A DNA stretch of 64,000 nt from Podarcis bocagei. Taxonomy: Eukaryota. Shown piece by piece: positions 27,301 through 37,598 of this stretch (the stretch's first letter is position 1; every line of letters starts with the position of its first letter). The translations under genes and the position numbers were made by a program. A model generated the notes under the pieces. That model did not search any database. It was not told where the DNA came from and worked only from the letters and a program-made list of their open reading frames with translations. The DNA lies in assembly GCA_964188305.1 (NCBI GenBank), contig OZ076885.1; one strand, 5' to 3'.

Positions 27301-30300
27301 CTCTGCATGGTTCCCTGTAGCTTCGCTTCTTGCAATGAGGGAACCGCCAGAAGGCCCTCGGAGCCGGACCTCAGTGTCTGGGTTGAATGATGGGGGCGGA
27401 GACGCTCCTTCAGGTATACTGGACCAAGGGTGTTTAGGGCTTTAAAGGTCAGCATCAAGACTTCGAATTGTGCTCAGAAATGTACCAGGAGCCAGTGGAG
27501 GTCTTTCAGGACCAGTGTTAAATGGCCTGGTGGCCGCTCCCAGTCACTAATCTGACAGCCGCATTCTGGATTAGTTGTAGTTTCCCAGTCACCTTCAAAG
27601 GTAGCAGAGTGCATTGCCGTAGTCCAAGTGGGAGATAACCAGAGCATGTACCACTCTGGCGAAACAGTGCACAGGCAGGCAGGGTCTCAGCTGGCATACC
27701 AGATGGAGCTGGTAGAAAGCTACCCTGGACACAGAATAATATATTATTATATATACATTAATATTATTTTATTTTAGTGCATGGTTTAATTTTCTTAATT
27801 TCTCCATGGGACAAGCAGAGTTCAAAAAGGTTCCAACAAATTAGTAGATTCTGTGGAACAGGTGATGGGAATGAATCTTTGCTTCAGTTGTGATCAATGA
27901 GCAGTTTATAGAGCATTCATGTGCAACACCCTCAACCCTGTGGAAAGACCAGAGAAAATATACATCTTGTTTTTCTTTATTTTGTCTTATTATATACTGA
28001 CCATTTGCCTCCTGTTTTGCTGGGGGTTCACAATATTTTTTGCATTCTTGTTTGTATATATTATCTAAAACCTCAATAAAAATATTAAAACAACAAGCCA
28101 TAATCACCTGTGCATACTACATCTCTACTGTAAACTTTGCAGAACCAAGTCAGAATCTTGTCTCCCCAAGCAGAATAAAAGGGGATTTCCTCCTAGGGGT
28201 GTAAAGTATGGGGTATAAAACTCCCTCCAAAAATGGAGAGGATAAGAAAGGAGTTGGTTGCCAGTTAGGCTGCAGTGCTTGGCCAATTAATTCACAAGGC
28301 TGATGGATTAAAACACATTTCTGATAGGCTAAAAAAAGGACTCCATGATTAATCACACTAAAAAAAAGTTAATCATTTTAAAATAATGAAGGTTAATTAT
28401 TTTTAAAAGAAAGAAGATGCATTTCTCCTCTGTTGTCTCAGCCACATGAGTGAAAATCTCTTCTAATATGGGACTTGCAATACAGTAATGCACATAAATA
28501 TATTTCTTTTTAAGGATGCTTTCCCTGCTTTCAGAATTTTTTTATTTCCTCATTTACATAGAACAAATCAATTAATTAACTAAGCATGTCTAACTAAACT
28601 ACTATGTCTACTCAGAAGCAAATCCAATGGAATTCAATGGAGTTTACTCCCAGGTGAGACGGTTTAGGATTAGAACAACAATCCTACTTTTCAACGTCGG
28701 CAAGAAAGACTGATGTGAAGGAAACGCTCCCTGGGCTCAGATAAACTGTCGTTTTCAGCGCGGAAGAGCAAGGAATTATTGCACAATGTAATGCTTTCTC
28801 CCTCTCCTCCCCTTTGCACACCCCCTAAATCTGTTCTGGGTGTTCCCCTCAACCCTCTGGATCAGATTTGGGGGTGGCACAGCGGGGAGGGAATCCTATT
28901 GCACTAGCACAAGTATTTGGCTGATTTCTGCCTGTCACATATCTTATATCACAGATTCGGGGATTCCTGTGTTCAAAGGGCTAAACCCTGATTCATACTA
29001 AGCCCTGAAAGACACCCTGAGTATTAGCCCATCAATGACAGTCATGCCGAGAAAGATTCCACCCAACTGAGCCTCCCACCTGTCACCCTTTGCACTGCAG
29101 CACCTTCTAACTTTCCTGTACCAAACTCCTCCTCTGATGTAGGGATGTAAGGCTGTAGGGATGGAGTTTTCCCCAGCGCGTCCCAGGATCAGGAGGGAAC
29201 TGGAGATACCCCTCCAGCAGTAGATCCTCTCTCTTGGCTATCCCAAATTCTCCAAGTAACCCCTGCAGGCTGGTCTCAGGATGCCACTGCATACAGGACT
29301 GACACAAACACTGAGCTAGGGACAGCGTCACATACAACTCATTGATGGAAAGCAGACACTGTTGGGGCCCCGACAGTCCCAACTGCACTTGCCAATTGCA
29401 GTTATAAAAGCATGTGTGTGGAAGGCAGAGGAGATGAGAACAGGAGCATATGTGAAAGGAGGACGCTGGAGAAGCCAGGCAGCCTTCCTTCCAGATTTCA
29501 CTGGCTCATAGGATCAGAGGGAACCCAAAGACCAGTCCATAGTAAGCAGGTGCTCCTCACATCTCACATCTCACACCAAACCCTCTACCCTGCTTTTAGC
29601 TCCTACCATGGAAATCAGTGTCTGGCAAAGAGGAAGAGCCAGGATTACTGCAGAGCAGGCAACTAGATCCCTCGAGCAACTGAGACAAGTCACAAGGTGG
29701 AGACCCCAAATCACTCCTCAGTCTTATCTGGGAGGACATCATCTTGCAACCCCAAACATTGCGTAACGTCTCTCCCTCTGCCATACCTGAAGTATCATCC
29801 ATCAGTTGATTTTCTTGAAAAGACGTATCTTTTGGCTCAAGCTTTTCCTGAATCCCTGATTCTATAATAACTGTTTTCCTGGGTTGCTGTTTTTTAATGT
29901 TCTATCTGTTTTTAGGACACTGTCTAATTTTCTATTTTTTGGATTTCTGTACACTGTTTAGAGGTTTTTTAATATTAAGCAGCCTAGAAATGCTTTTAAT
30001 CAATCAATCAATCAATCAAATATAAAAACTGCTTTTAATTAATTCCAGATTAGCGCATCCTCAGTGGAAACTTTATTGGACAGTTTATCTCCAGCCCCAA
30101 CATTCTCTTCCCTGTCTTTTAAGATACTGGGGCAAAGGGCACTCTGCCCCAAGCGATGCTGAAAAAGAAGCTACAAAATATCTGAAGAGGTGATCCAGTG
30201 CGTGAGGAAGAACACCAGGAGGAGGATTAAGGTGCATAAACACAGTCAGTAATTTTCGTGAGAAAAGCATGTCCCGAGGATAAGGCGGGTCACAGGGTGC

Positions 30301-31207
30301 AGCAGTTGGGATACTGAATCTTGGGGAAGGGTAGGCGCAAGTGCCTGTTTTGTAAACCAGAGCGGCACTGGGCCTCAGATATGACTAGATCTCATATCTA
30401 ACCGCTGTACAACGTTTATTTAAACCACCTTATTTTATGCCGGATCATCTGATGTGGACGCCTTTACAGCGCAGATCAGATGCTGGGGGCGGTTCTGCAT
30501 ATGCGTTCTGCGTATGCTTAGGATCAGGCTCCTCATAGATTGTTTAGGGTTGAAATCCGGGCAGATTTGAGCACAAATGCCAGATCTGATCTGGGTCCTG
30601 GCACCATGGAACAGGAGGAAATAGGAAGCCTTGGGTGGGATGGGCGCAAGCCAATATGTTCTCTGCTGGGAGTGGTCGCCCTCGGGGCGCGCGTGGCCTG
30701 AGGATGCGGCATTCACTCACCCACGTAGAGGCTGTCGCGACTCCGGCACCGGCGCGGGCTGACGTTGAAGTCGACATAGAAGAGCAGGAGCGGGTGGCCG
30801 AAGTTGGCGCCCGGGGTGGGGTCCAGCACGAGGATGGCGTCTTGCGCGGAGGGCGCGCCGGTGGGGCGCAGCGGGCTGCCGCTCTGGTTGCGGCCGGCCA
30901 CGAAGGGCGGAGCGCCGGGCCTGTCTCCCCAGCCGTCGGGCAGCAGCGCCCGCACCTTGTGGCCCGGGCGGGCGGGCTCGGAGACATAGACGGCGGGCCC
31001 GGGCCCCTGGGAAAGGCGCGCCAGGCGCTGGCACTGCGGCCGCGGCAAGAGCCCGCCGCGCTCGGGACACTGCGCCGCCGCCACGTGCCGAAGCGCCGCC
31101 GCCGCCCAGCGCGCCACCCGCGCCTCGGAGAAGCGGTTCCCCGACGGGGCGGCCGCGCACGGCCAAGCGAGGGAGGCAGCGGCCAGCGCCAACAGCAGCG
31201 GGGCCAT
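19501..31207 (-). CDS. Uncharacterised secreted protein, 544 aa: signal peptide + Cys-rich region + degenerate peptidase C13 (legumain/GPI8)-like domain
   Basis: Seven exons with canonical GT-AG ends and consistent phases (1,1,1,1,0,0): 31207-30721, 27153-26947, 25986-25816, 24824-24693, 23288-23116, 21184-20918, 19698-19501 (TGA). Total 1635 nt with no internal stop. The start is in a CpG island with hydrophobic MAPLLLALAAASLAWPCAAA. AATAAA lies about 540 nt after the stop. Confidence 0.9.
20918..21184 (-). CDS. Novel gene exon 6 (ADPKERYPISELLADLESCNARRVLLFLDQSYPG...QHLLP)
   Basis: Acceptor cccttccctgcaacAG, donor CCG|GTAAGT, 267 nt, phase 0-0. Confidence 0.9.
23116..23288 (-). CDS. Novel gene exon 5 (VTVEMGDVHPATEK...DSLVLYLNSPAASDGTMLLWDANRNGI)
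   Basis: Acceptor cttcttttccggacAG, donor ATT|GTAAG, 173 nt, phase 1-0. Confidence 0.9.
24055..24597. mobile_element. hAT-like MITE with internal (TC)n(TG)n microsatellite
   Basis: Ends TAGGGCTGGGGGATATA...TTATCGCCCAGCCCTA; no clear TSD. A related element lies near 58720-59694. Confidence 0.6.
24693..24824 (-). CDS. Novel gene exon 4 (GGWQEQVTYPHHAQNLLLFYQMLRRNGFRQEHIKAFFASEGQAS)
   Basis: Acceptor ttctctcccAG, donor G|GTACC, 132 nt; resembles the legumain segment YRHQAD..AYQ..HRNG..EQI. Confidence 0.88.
24958..25120 (+). mobile_element. tRNA-derived SINE fragment
   Basis: A-box-like TAGCTCAGTAG and B-box GGTTCAATCCCC followed by a non-tRNA body. Confidence 0.6.
25816..25986 (-). CDS. Novel gene exon 3 (DLRGYSPCP...CELNKNTRRC...CRMYQTCDHAVLIA)
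   Basis: Acceptor ttttctttcccAG, donor G|GTGAG, 171 nt, phase 1-1. Confidence 0.9.
26947..27153 (-). CDS. Novel gene exon 2 (GYECLIPAQRSRCENQLKRR...LCEIHFLPMVV...RLNCV)
   Basis: Acceptor ctctttgcctgcAG, donor G|GTAAGT, 207 nt, phase 1-1. Confidence 0.88.
27195..27735 (-). mobile_element. L2-clade LINE fragment (C-terminus of ORF2)
   Basis: Translation LTFKALNTLGPVYLKERL...RAFSVVAPALWN...FRRHLKAALY is typical of L2 ORF2 ends. Related 3' ends occur near 8995-9175 and 56800-56950. Confidence 0.8.
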
Positions 31208-31560
31208 GGGGCGGCTGGAGCCCTCGCCGTGCGCCCCGCAGCAGCTCCGCGCGCTCTGCCCGGCCAGCGGGGCTCCGAGTCCCCGCCCTGCCCCGACAGG
31301 AGGAGGAGGAGAGACGGAGGTGGCTGCGGGTGGGGGGGAGCCAAGGACTGCGTCCCTCCCAGCCCCGCGTCCCCTTTTGCTGCTTCCTGGGCAGCTCCTA
31401 CTGCCCCACCCTGCTGCTTCTCTCCGACGGGGCGGCTCGTTCCTCTCCCGGCGCCCTCGTCTACTGTCCACACGGAGAACGACAAGAATCCACCAGGACA
31501 GATTTAGACCCCCCCCCCCAGTTGGGCGCCTGCGGGTCAAGAGGAAGGAGGCAACGCGAG
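30680..31560. promoter_or_regulatory. CpG island over the promoter and exon 1 of the novel gene
   Basis: Very GC- and CpG-rich compared with CpG-depleted flanks; GC-box CCCCGCCC near 31281. Confidence 0.8.
30721..31207 (-). CDS. Novel gene exon 1 (signal peptide to ...DAILVLDPTPGANFGHPLLLFYVDFNVS...SLYV)
   Basis: ATG at 31207 in CCCATGG context, in frame with ORF 30713..31540; donor G|GTGAGT after 30721. Confidence 0.88.
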
Positions 31561-32704
31561 GAAAGGCATAAGCAGTTATTTTTCAGATTTCTAAACTGCC
31601 CCAGCCCTGAAAAATGTACAGCAACAATGAAGAAAAGGGCCTCCAAACATATGGAGAGTGTGTTTATCATCATTAACCATCGGTAGGACATGGATGGACA
31701 CCCAGGAGAGTTATCCAGGTCGACCTCTCCTCCCACACAAAAAGGAGAGTCGATGTAGAATCTTACGCAACAATTCGCACCTGGCCCGTTGAATTTTCGA
31801 GGGTTTATATCTGAGTAGAAGTGGTAAGGCTTGGGCTGTTAGTGTGGCTTTCCTGTTTCCTGTTCCAATTAATGGAAACATCGTTCCAAGGGGCACAGAA
31901 CTCTTGAGCATAAGCTCAGTGTGTGCACCGCCCGTTCGTGCGAAGACTGTCTCCAGCTCACACCCGGAGGGGCGAGACCTCGCGGGTGGGATCCGTGTTA
32001 CTAACTTCCCTCATATTAAACCTGAATTGAAATAATCCACGTTCACAGCCGGTATATATATTGAACACTGCGCTTCTGAAGGCAACAACGGCCTCTTTCA
32101 TGAATGAATGAAGGTGAGCATGACTTGGACGGAGGCGCGCCCTGTGCTGGGGAAAACCGAATTATTTGGGTTGCCGAAAGAGCTCTCCCGACTTCATCCC
32201 CCGACGCTGAACTGTTCCGTACATTGCTCGGTCCCTCTCTCGCTGTTATTGCAGCCCATGGCCCGACGGGGCGGGAAGAAGGCGGTTGCCCCAGAGTGCG
32301 CGTGCGCACTCGTGTTTTTGTTATCTGCAGGCTTAATTGGGAGCTGCTGCTGCGGCTGCCTAAGAGCGTCATGCGCCGACCTGGACTCCCTACGATGGCA
32401 GCAATAGAGCCCTCCCCTCGGTTGCAGGCCCCACGTTGGACGCCTTCTGACCCGTTCCGCACCCTGATAGAGTGCAAACCCACGCGTGTTTACTCGGAAG
32501 TAAGTCCCACTGTGTCCCAAAGAACATCAGTGTGGCAGATAGGGCCGGCCGTGGGGCCAGAGTCCAATGCTCTGAAGCTTGAGGGGAGGGAGGACAAATG
32601 ACCATCCCAAGAGTGGCAGATGGGGGAGCGTCAAATAGGCCTGGCATCAGCATCTTGGACGGAAAGGAGCACGATGGAGCCCAACAGGACTCATGCTGGT
32701 TATA

Positions 32705-32910
32705 CTCTCGAACTCAGAACGCAAGGGAGAAACGTGCTAAGAAGCTTGGAAAATCCACACCTGATCAACTCCCGCCGGGAAACCAATGTCCCCACTGTGG
32801 AAGGACGTGTGGATCCAGAATTGGCTTCCACAGTCACTTACAGACTCATAGTTAAAACCGTGTTTATGGAAGACAATCTTACTCAGCTATGAGTGATCGC
32901 CAAAGAAAGA
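32705..32910 (+). mobile_element. 3' end of an RTE-clade LINE
   Basis: AREKRAKK...CPHCGRTCGSRIGFHSHLQTH*, the C2H2 finger typical of RTE ORF ends, followed by a short 3' UTR and an AAGA tail. Confidence 0.7.
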
Positions 32911-35900
32911 CAGGATCCTTTTGTTCTTCATACAGAAAGATAAGGGACTGCAGGCCGGGCGTGCACATGATTACAGATGCTTGGCTCATTCTTCTTCTTC
33001 TTCTTTAAAAACACATTATCCCTTTCGTCAACAAAATGCTACTTATTCATGCAGGAATGTGCTTACCATCTGAGAAACAGAAGCGACACCTATTTTATAC
33101 TTGTAGTCATGATAGTGCTATGATTTGAGTTTAAAATGTGAATTTTTTAATAAAAAAATTGGAGTTATCAAACTCTCTCGCGTAGGGCATCCAGGAATGT
33201 AGCCATTGTAAAATATGGAATTAAGAGCAGTGTGCAAGAGAGGGGGAGAAATGTTTATTTCTGTTGTGAGGAGTACATTAACACTTTGTTGCAGCACTGC
33301 TGGCTGCTGAGGGGGGCATTAACAAAAGTAGAACCTCGCTTTCAGAAATTGAAGGTCACCTCCAGAAATCAATAGACCAAGAGCATTTCAGCTTGACAGA
33401 ACATCACAGCACAAAGGGCAATTAGGATGCAACAGGGCTGGATTTTTTTAAAGTATCAAACTCTGGTTTTTTGTTGTTTAGAAAATAAGTGCTGAAGTTA
33501 ATTGGTCTATTGCAAAGTGCAATGAACTTTCCTACCACAAATGCAATAAACCACTTAGCCTCTAAAGTGAGTTGAAGTGTGTCCCCCCCATTTCTTTCTT
33601 TTCACAGCAAGAGATTACCACTGATAACTGATTTTTCAGTATTTAAAATAAAGATTAGCGGCCGTTGTTTCTGGTACAACAGAAATCAAATTATTGCTCA
33701 TTAACTTAAGCATTGGATTTGAAATGTCCAGTGTTACAGTAATCAGAGTTGACCCTGTCTTCCCTTGATCTTTAATTCTCACCTTGTGATGTTGAGAAAC
33801 CGGTGTGTGTTTATAAGCTTATCACCTTCTGCATCTATTGAAGTAATCTGGGACAGTTGTTGGCCTAGGAAATTAGAACAATTCTGCAACCAACTTGAAA
33901 GTCCCTACAATTGAGACGATCTCTGTCCTTCCCGTTGGTTCAAGTAGCAATTTTTCACAATGGTTGCTGCTGCTGTTGCCACCAACATCCTATGACTCGG
34001 TCCAGCAAGTCCAGGAGAGTCCCTGCATTCAGTCACAGAATTCCTGCATGTTCCATTCACAAGTACTGCAGTAATGTGCTGAGAGCTGGATGTCCCAGCA
34101 AGCAGAGCCAGGGTGGACAATTGTCAGGGATGGTGGGAACTGTAGTCAATAACATATGGAGGGCTAAATATTATTATAGGATGAATACGCGAGCAGGATT
34201 TGAACCATGGGCAACAGAAGGGATTAAAGATTATAGTAGTTTTGTTAAGGTTCAAAAGACAGAAGACAGTGCAGCAGAGGGAGAGAAACAGAAACACCGT
34301 GGAAAAGTGGGTAGGAAGTTGGGAAAAATGGTTTTATTATGTGCTGAAATGCATGTGTGAAATTTTGGAAAACCTCAGAAAAAAAGAACACGTGGAGGGC
34401 TACAGGTTATCTACCTATGGCGTAAAGCTATAAGGGAAGTCAGATAGGTTTTGGATGCATAGGGGTCACCCCCCACTTCATACAGTGAGGGGGCTTTGTA
34501 GATAATGCAATGTATGAATAGTGGTGCAAGTGAATCTGGCAGCGTTAGGAAGTGCTGCATCAAGTGCCCAAATTCACCCCACTGCAAATATGCACTTCCT
34601 TTATATACAGCACTGATGATGCACCTGACGTTAGTGTATGAATCGGACACCTCTCAACGCTTTAGGCGAATCATGCACCATTTATGATGCAGCCAGCCAA
34701 ACACAGCCCATCAACTGCTTACGGCTGCCTCCCAAGCGTTCTGCAGCCTTCCGTTTCTCCCATCTCAGGAAGGCAGGAAATATTCAGTCCTGTGAAGGTT
34801 TGCCTTGGATGGCAGGTGGGCTGGATTCAGCTTGGTGCCTGCCACGTCCTGAAGGCTTGTTTTAGCTCAAGGTCATTTTCTGTTCTCTGGGCAGATGCCC
34901 TAACTATGCTGCAAATGACAGCTGCTGGGACCATATCCCTGCATCCACCTGCTCCATCCTCAGATAACATTGCTACGCTGTTATAGTTGCTGTAAAATAT
35001 CAAAAAGCTTGTTGTTTAATCATTTCCCATTCCTGGCAATTAAAAATATTGAAAAGCTTTATTTAAATTCAATGTTTTATATATATATTGGCTAAAATAA
35101 CTTTAAACAAAAAACTTGAGTTCATAATAAAAACTAAAATGTTCAAAGCTTACAACTAAGTTGCACCAAACACAATGGGCCAAATCCAACATTGCACTAT
35201 TAAGAATGTTGTCTGTGCAAGTGTATCAGCTTGCCAGATGGAACGATCCCCCTCCCCCACTGTTCTGGGGGTTCTCCTGACCACCTCCAGGGCCGATTTT
35301 TGGAGGCACAGGAAGGGAGTCCTATTGAGGAGAACTTCTGTTGAAGCGTTTCACTAGGTAAATCACACCCCCAGAGGTATGTAAGAAAGAAAACCAAACA
35401 CAGCTGCCACCTGATACTTCAGGTGCACATCTATGTAGAAAACAAATATAAAAACAAAATATTGCATTGATGATTGTGGGCTTCCTACTGGATCCAGGGT
35501 TATCTAAGGCATGAGGAGCCAAAAGGTGCCATCCTAATCATCCATTTTTCCAATTGCATGCTATCCAACTATCTGAGCTATGCAATGTGTTCAGTTTCAA
35601 GTTATGAACATATACAACTCTACTGAAAGAGCATTGGGAGCTATTGCCCAAGTCCTGAATGAACCTCATTTTGCCCACTATGAGCCCTTGCTTATTAAAT
35701 TTTAGAAGCCCCTAGCAGCCCGATCCTTCCCATGCCCTTTTCCTCAATTCTAAAATTTTACTTTCAGATCAGTGTGCATCAGCCTTTAAGCAAAACATCT
35801 TCCTTAGTATCCATGCATGCATATAGAGAGAAGAAAAAGAGAGCAAGTCTGGTCTTTCAGCATATAATATTGGCTTGCATGACCAAAGGATTTGAACTAG

Positions 35901-37409
35901 GCTTTTAGGTTGCATAAAGGCTCTCTTTCACTGCAAATCAATTTATTTTATTTCTTTTGGCAACCGAATAACGTGCATGCTTGTTCTGGAAGTGTATGCA
36001 TTTCAAAATGGAAACTTGATTAAAAAACAAACAACTAGAAAATGTTGTTACCATAAATCATGACTTAAAAATTGCCTGACGTGAAGTTAATCCCCCTGGA
36101 CTAGTCTACACGCATTGCTATGCTACTCCTGAGCAGCACAGGGAGACAGTATACTAGAATTGCTATTCCCACTCCCAAATGCTGAGCTTTTTCTTAGAGA
36201 AATCCAAACTCCTTCCCACCCACCCACCCACAACCATCTGGAAAGGATGAACGTATTGTGTGCTCTCCAGAAAAACAAAGAACATGAAAGCAAAGGACAA
36301 ACTGGTTCTATCTGTGAGTTTATTGGCTCCCACCAGCTTTCCCACAATGCCTTGCCTTCACATCTTTCCTCCCACAACACTGGAGGTGATAATAGCAAAG
36401 GCACAGACTGCTGGATGATGCAGTGGCCCCTGCAGAGGGAGGGACTTTAATAATTGCTGCACAGCATACAGCTGAAGCCCAAGGCTGTAAAAAACAAACA
36501 TTTTCTTTTATACATCTGGTAGAAGACAGTGCCTGATCAAAGCATGCATCAGACAGAAGAAAGACATCCATGTGGTCACTGAGGTATGGGTGCAGCTTGG
36601 GGCCAGCCAGCTTTGCCAACATGCAGTCTAAGAGAAGCTGGCCATCTACTGGAAGCGGAGATCTCCCTTCCCTAGCATTACAGGGCAGCCGGTGGACGAT
36701 CGGTCGGTCAAGGCTGATCTTTGGCAGACGTTCGGAGAAGGGTGCTGGCAAAAACAGCCTTAGTCAGGAAACACAGAGAAGGGGAGAATCCTGACACGCC
36801 TTCTCAGCAGGGAAAGGGATTACATGGAACAGGCCCCAGAGATCTCGTCCTTTGCTCGCTGTGACTATCACGAATCCCGCCTCTTCCTGGAGGACTTGGG
36901 CATTGCATTGTGCTTCCCATGATTTGAATGTCCCTGCTGTTGCTTCTGACGCAGCAGCAGTATTTGACAGAGAAACTGTGCAAGAGCAGCTTTAGAAAGA
37001 CATCTCCTCACCCACAGCTTCCCCTAAACAGATAGGTAGCAAGAGGAAGCCCAGCAGCACCAAGAATAAGGTGGGGAGAAAGCTCTTTACAAAGCGTTTA
37101 GCACCACCTACTGTCCAGCTTTGGGACTGCCACAGGCTAAGAGAGTGGGGGCCTCTCTTTCAAACTCCCCACAGCTGTAAGACCTTCCCCTACACAGCTG
37201 ACAGTTTGAGGTTTAACCCGACTGATGCCAGTGCTGCCGGCCACTCCACTCCCCCTTTCCACTGCTGTGACCTATGCCAGCCACGGCTCTGGTGGAAAGA
37301 CTGGGAACCCTACCCCAGGGCTACCACTTGCTCCTTCCAGGGGGAGAAATACTGCCAGCTACCCCAGAAGGTGTCTGATGGTCACAGTGCAAGGTGACAG
37401 CTGTGTATC

Positions 37410-37412
<3 letters not shown>

Positions 37413-37455
<43 letters not shown>
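37413..37455 (+). repeat. (GA)n microsatellite in the probable ZFAND2B 3' UTR
   Basis: Read directly. Confidence 0.9.
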
Positions 37456-37459
<4 letters not shown>

Positions 37460-37598
37460 ATGAGGACCAGGCAGGGAGTTCAGCCTTTGGTTCATTGTTA
37501 GTAGTCCTGAGGGAGCGGCAGAAGGAGGTAACCCAGGTGGGGACAGAAGAACCATGGTGACCAGGCACGATCCACGTGCTGATAGCGTCTCATTGTGC

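Noticed and set aside
30544-31686. Several long overlapping ORFs (313, 290, 149 and 121 aa) in the CpG island
   Set aside because: GC-rich shadow frames that are Arg/Pro/Ala-biased. Only the frame starting at ATG 31207 has a signal peptide and a donor that joins the downstream exons.
32598-32855. ORF with a C2H2 zinc finger (CPHCGRTCGSRIGFHSHLQTH)
   Set aside because: Matches the terminal finger of RTE-type LINE ORFs; not a host zinc-finger gene.
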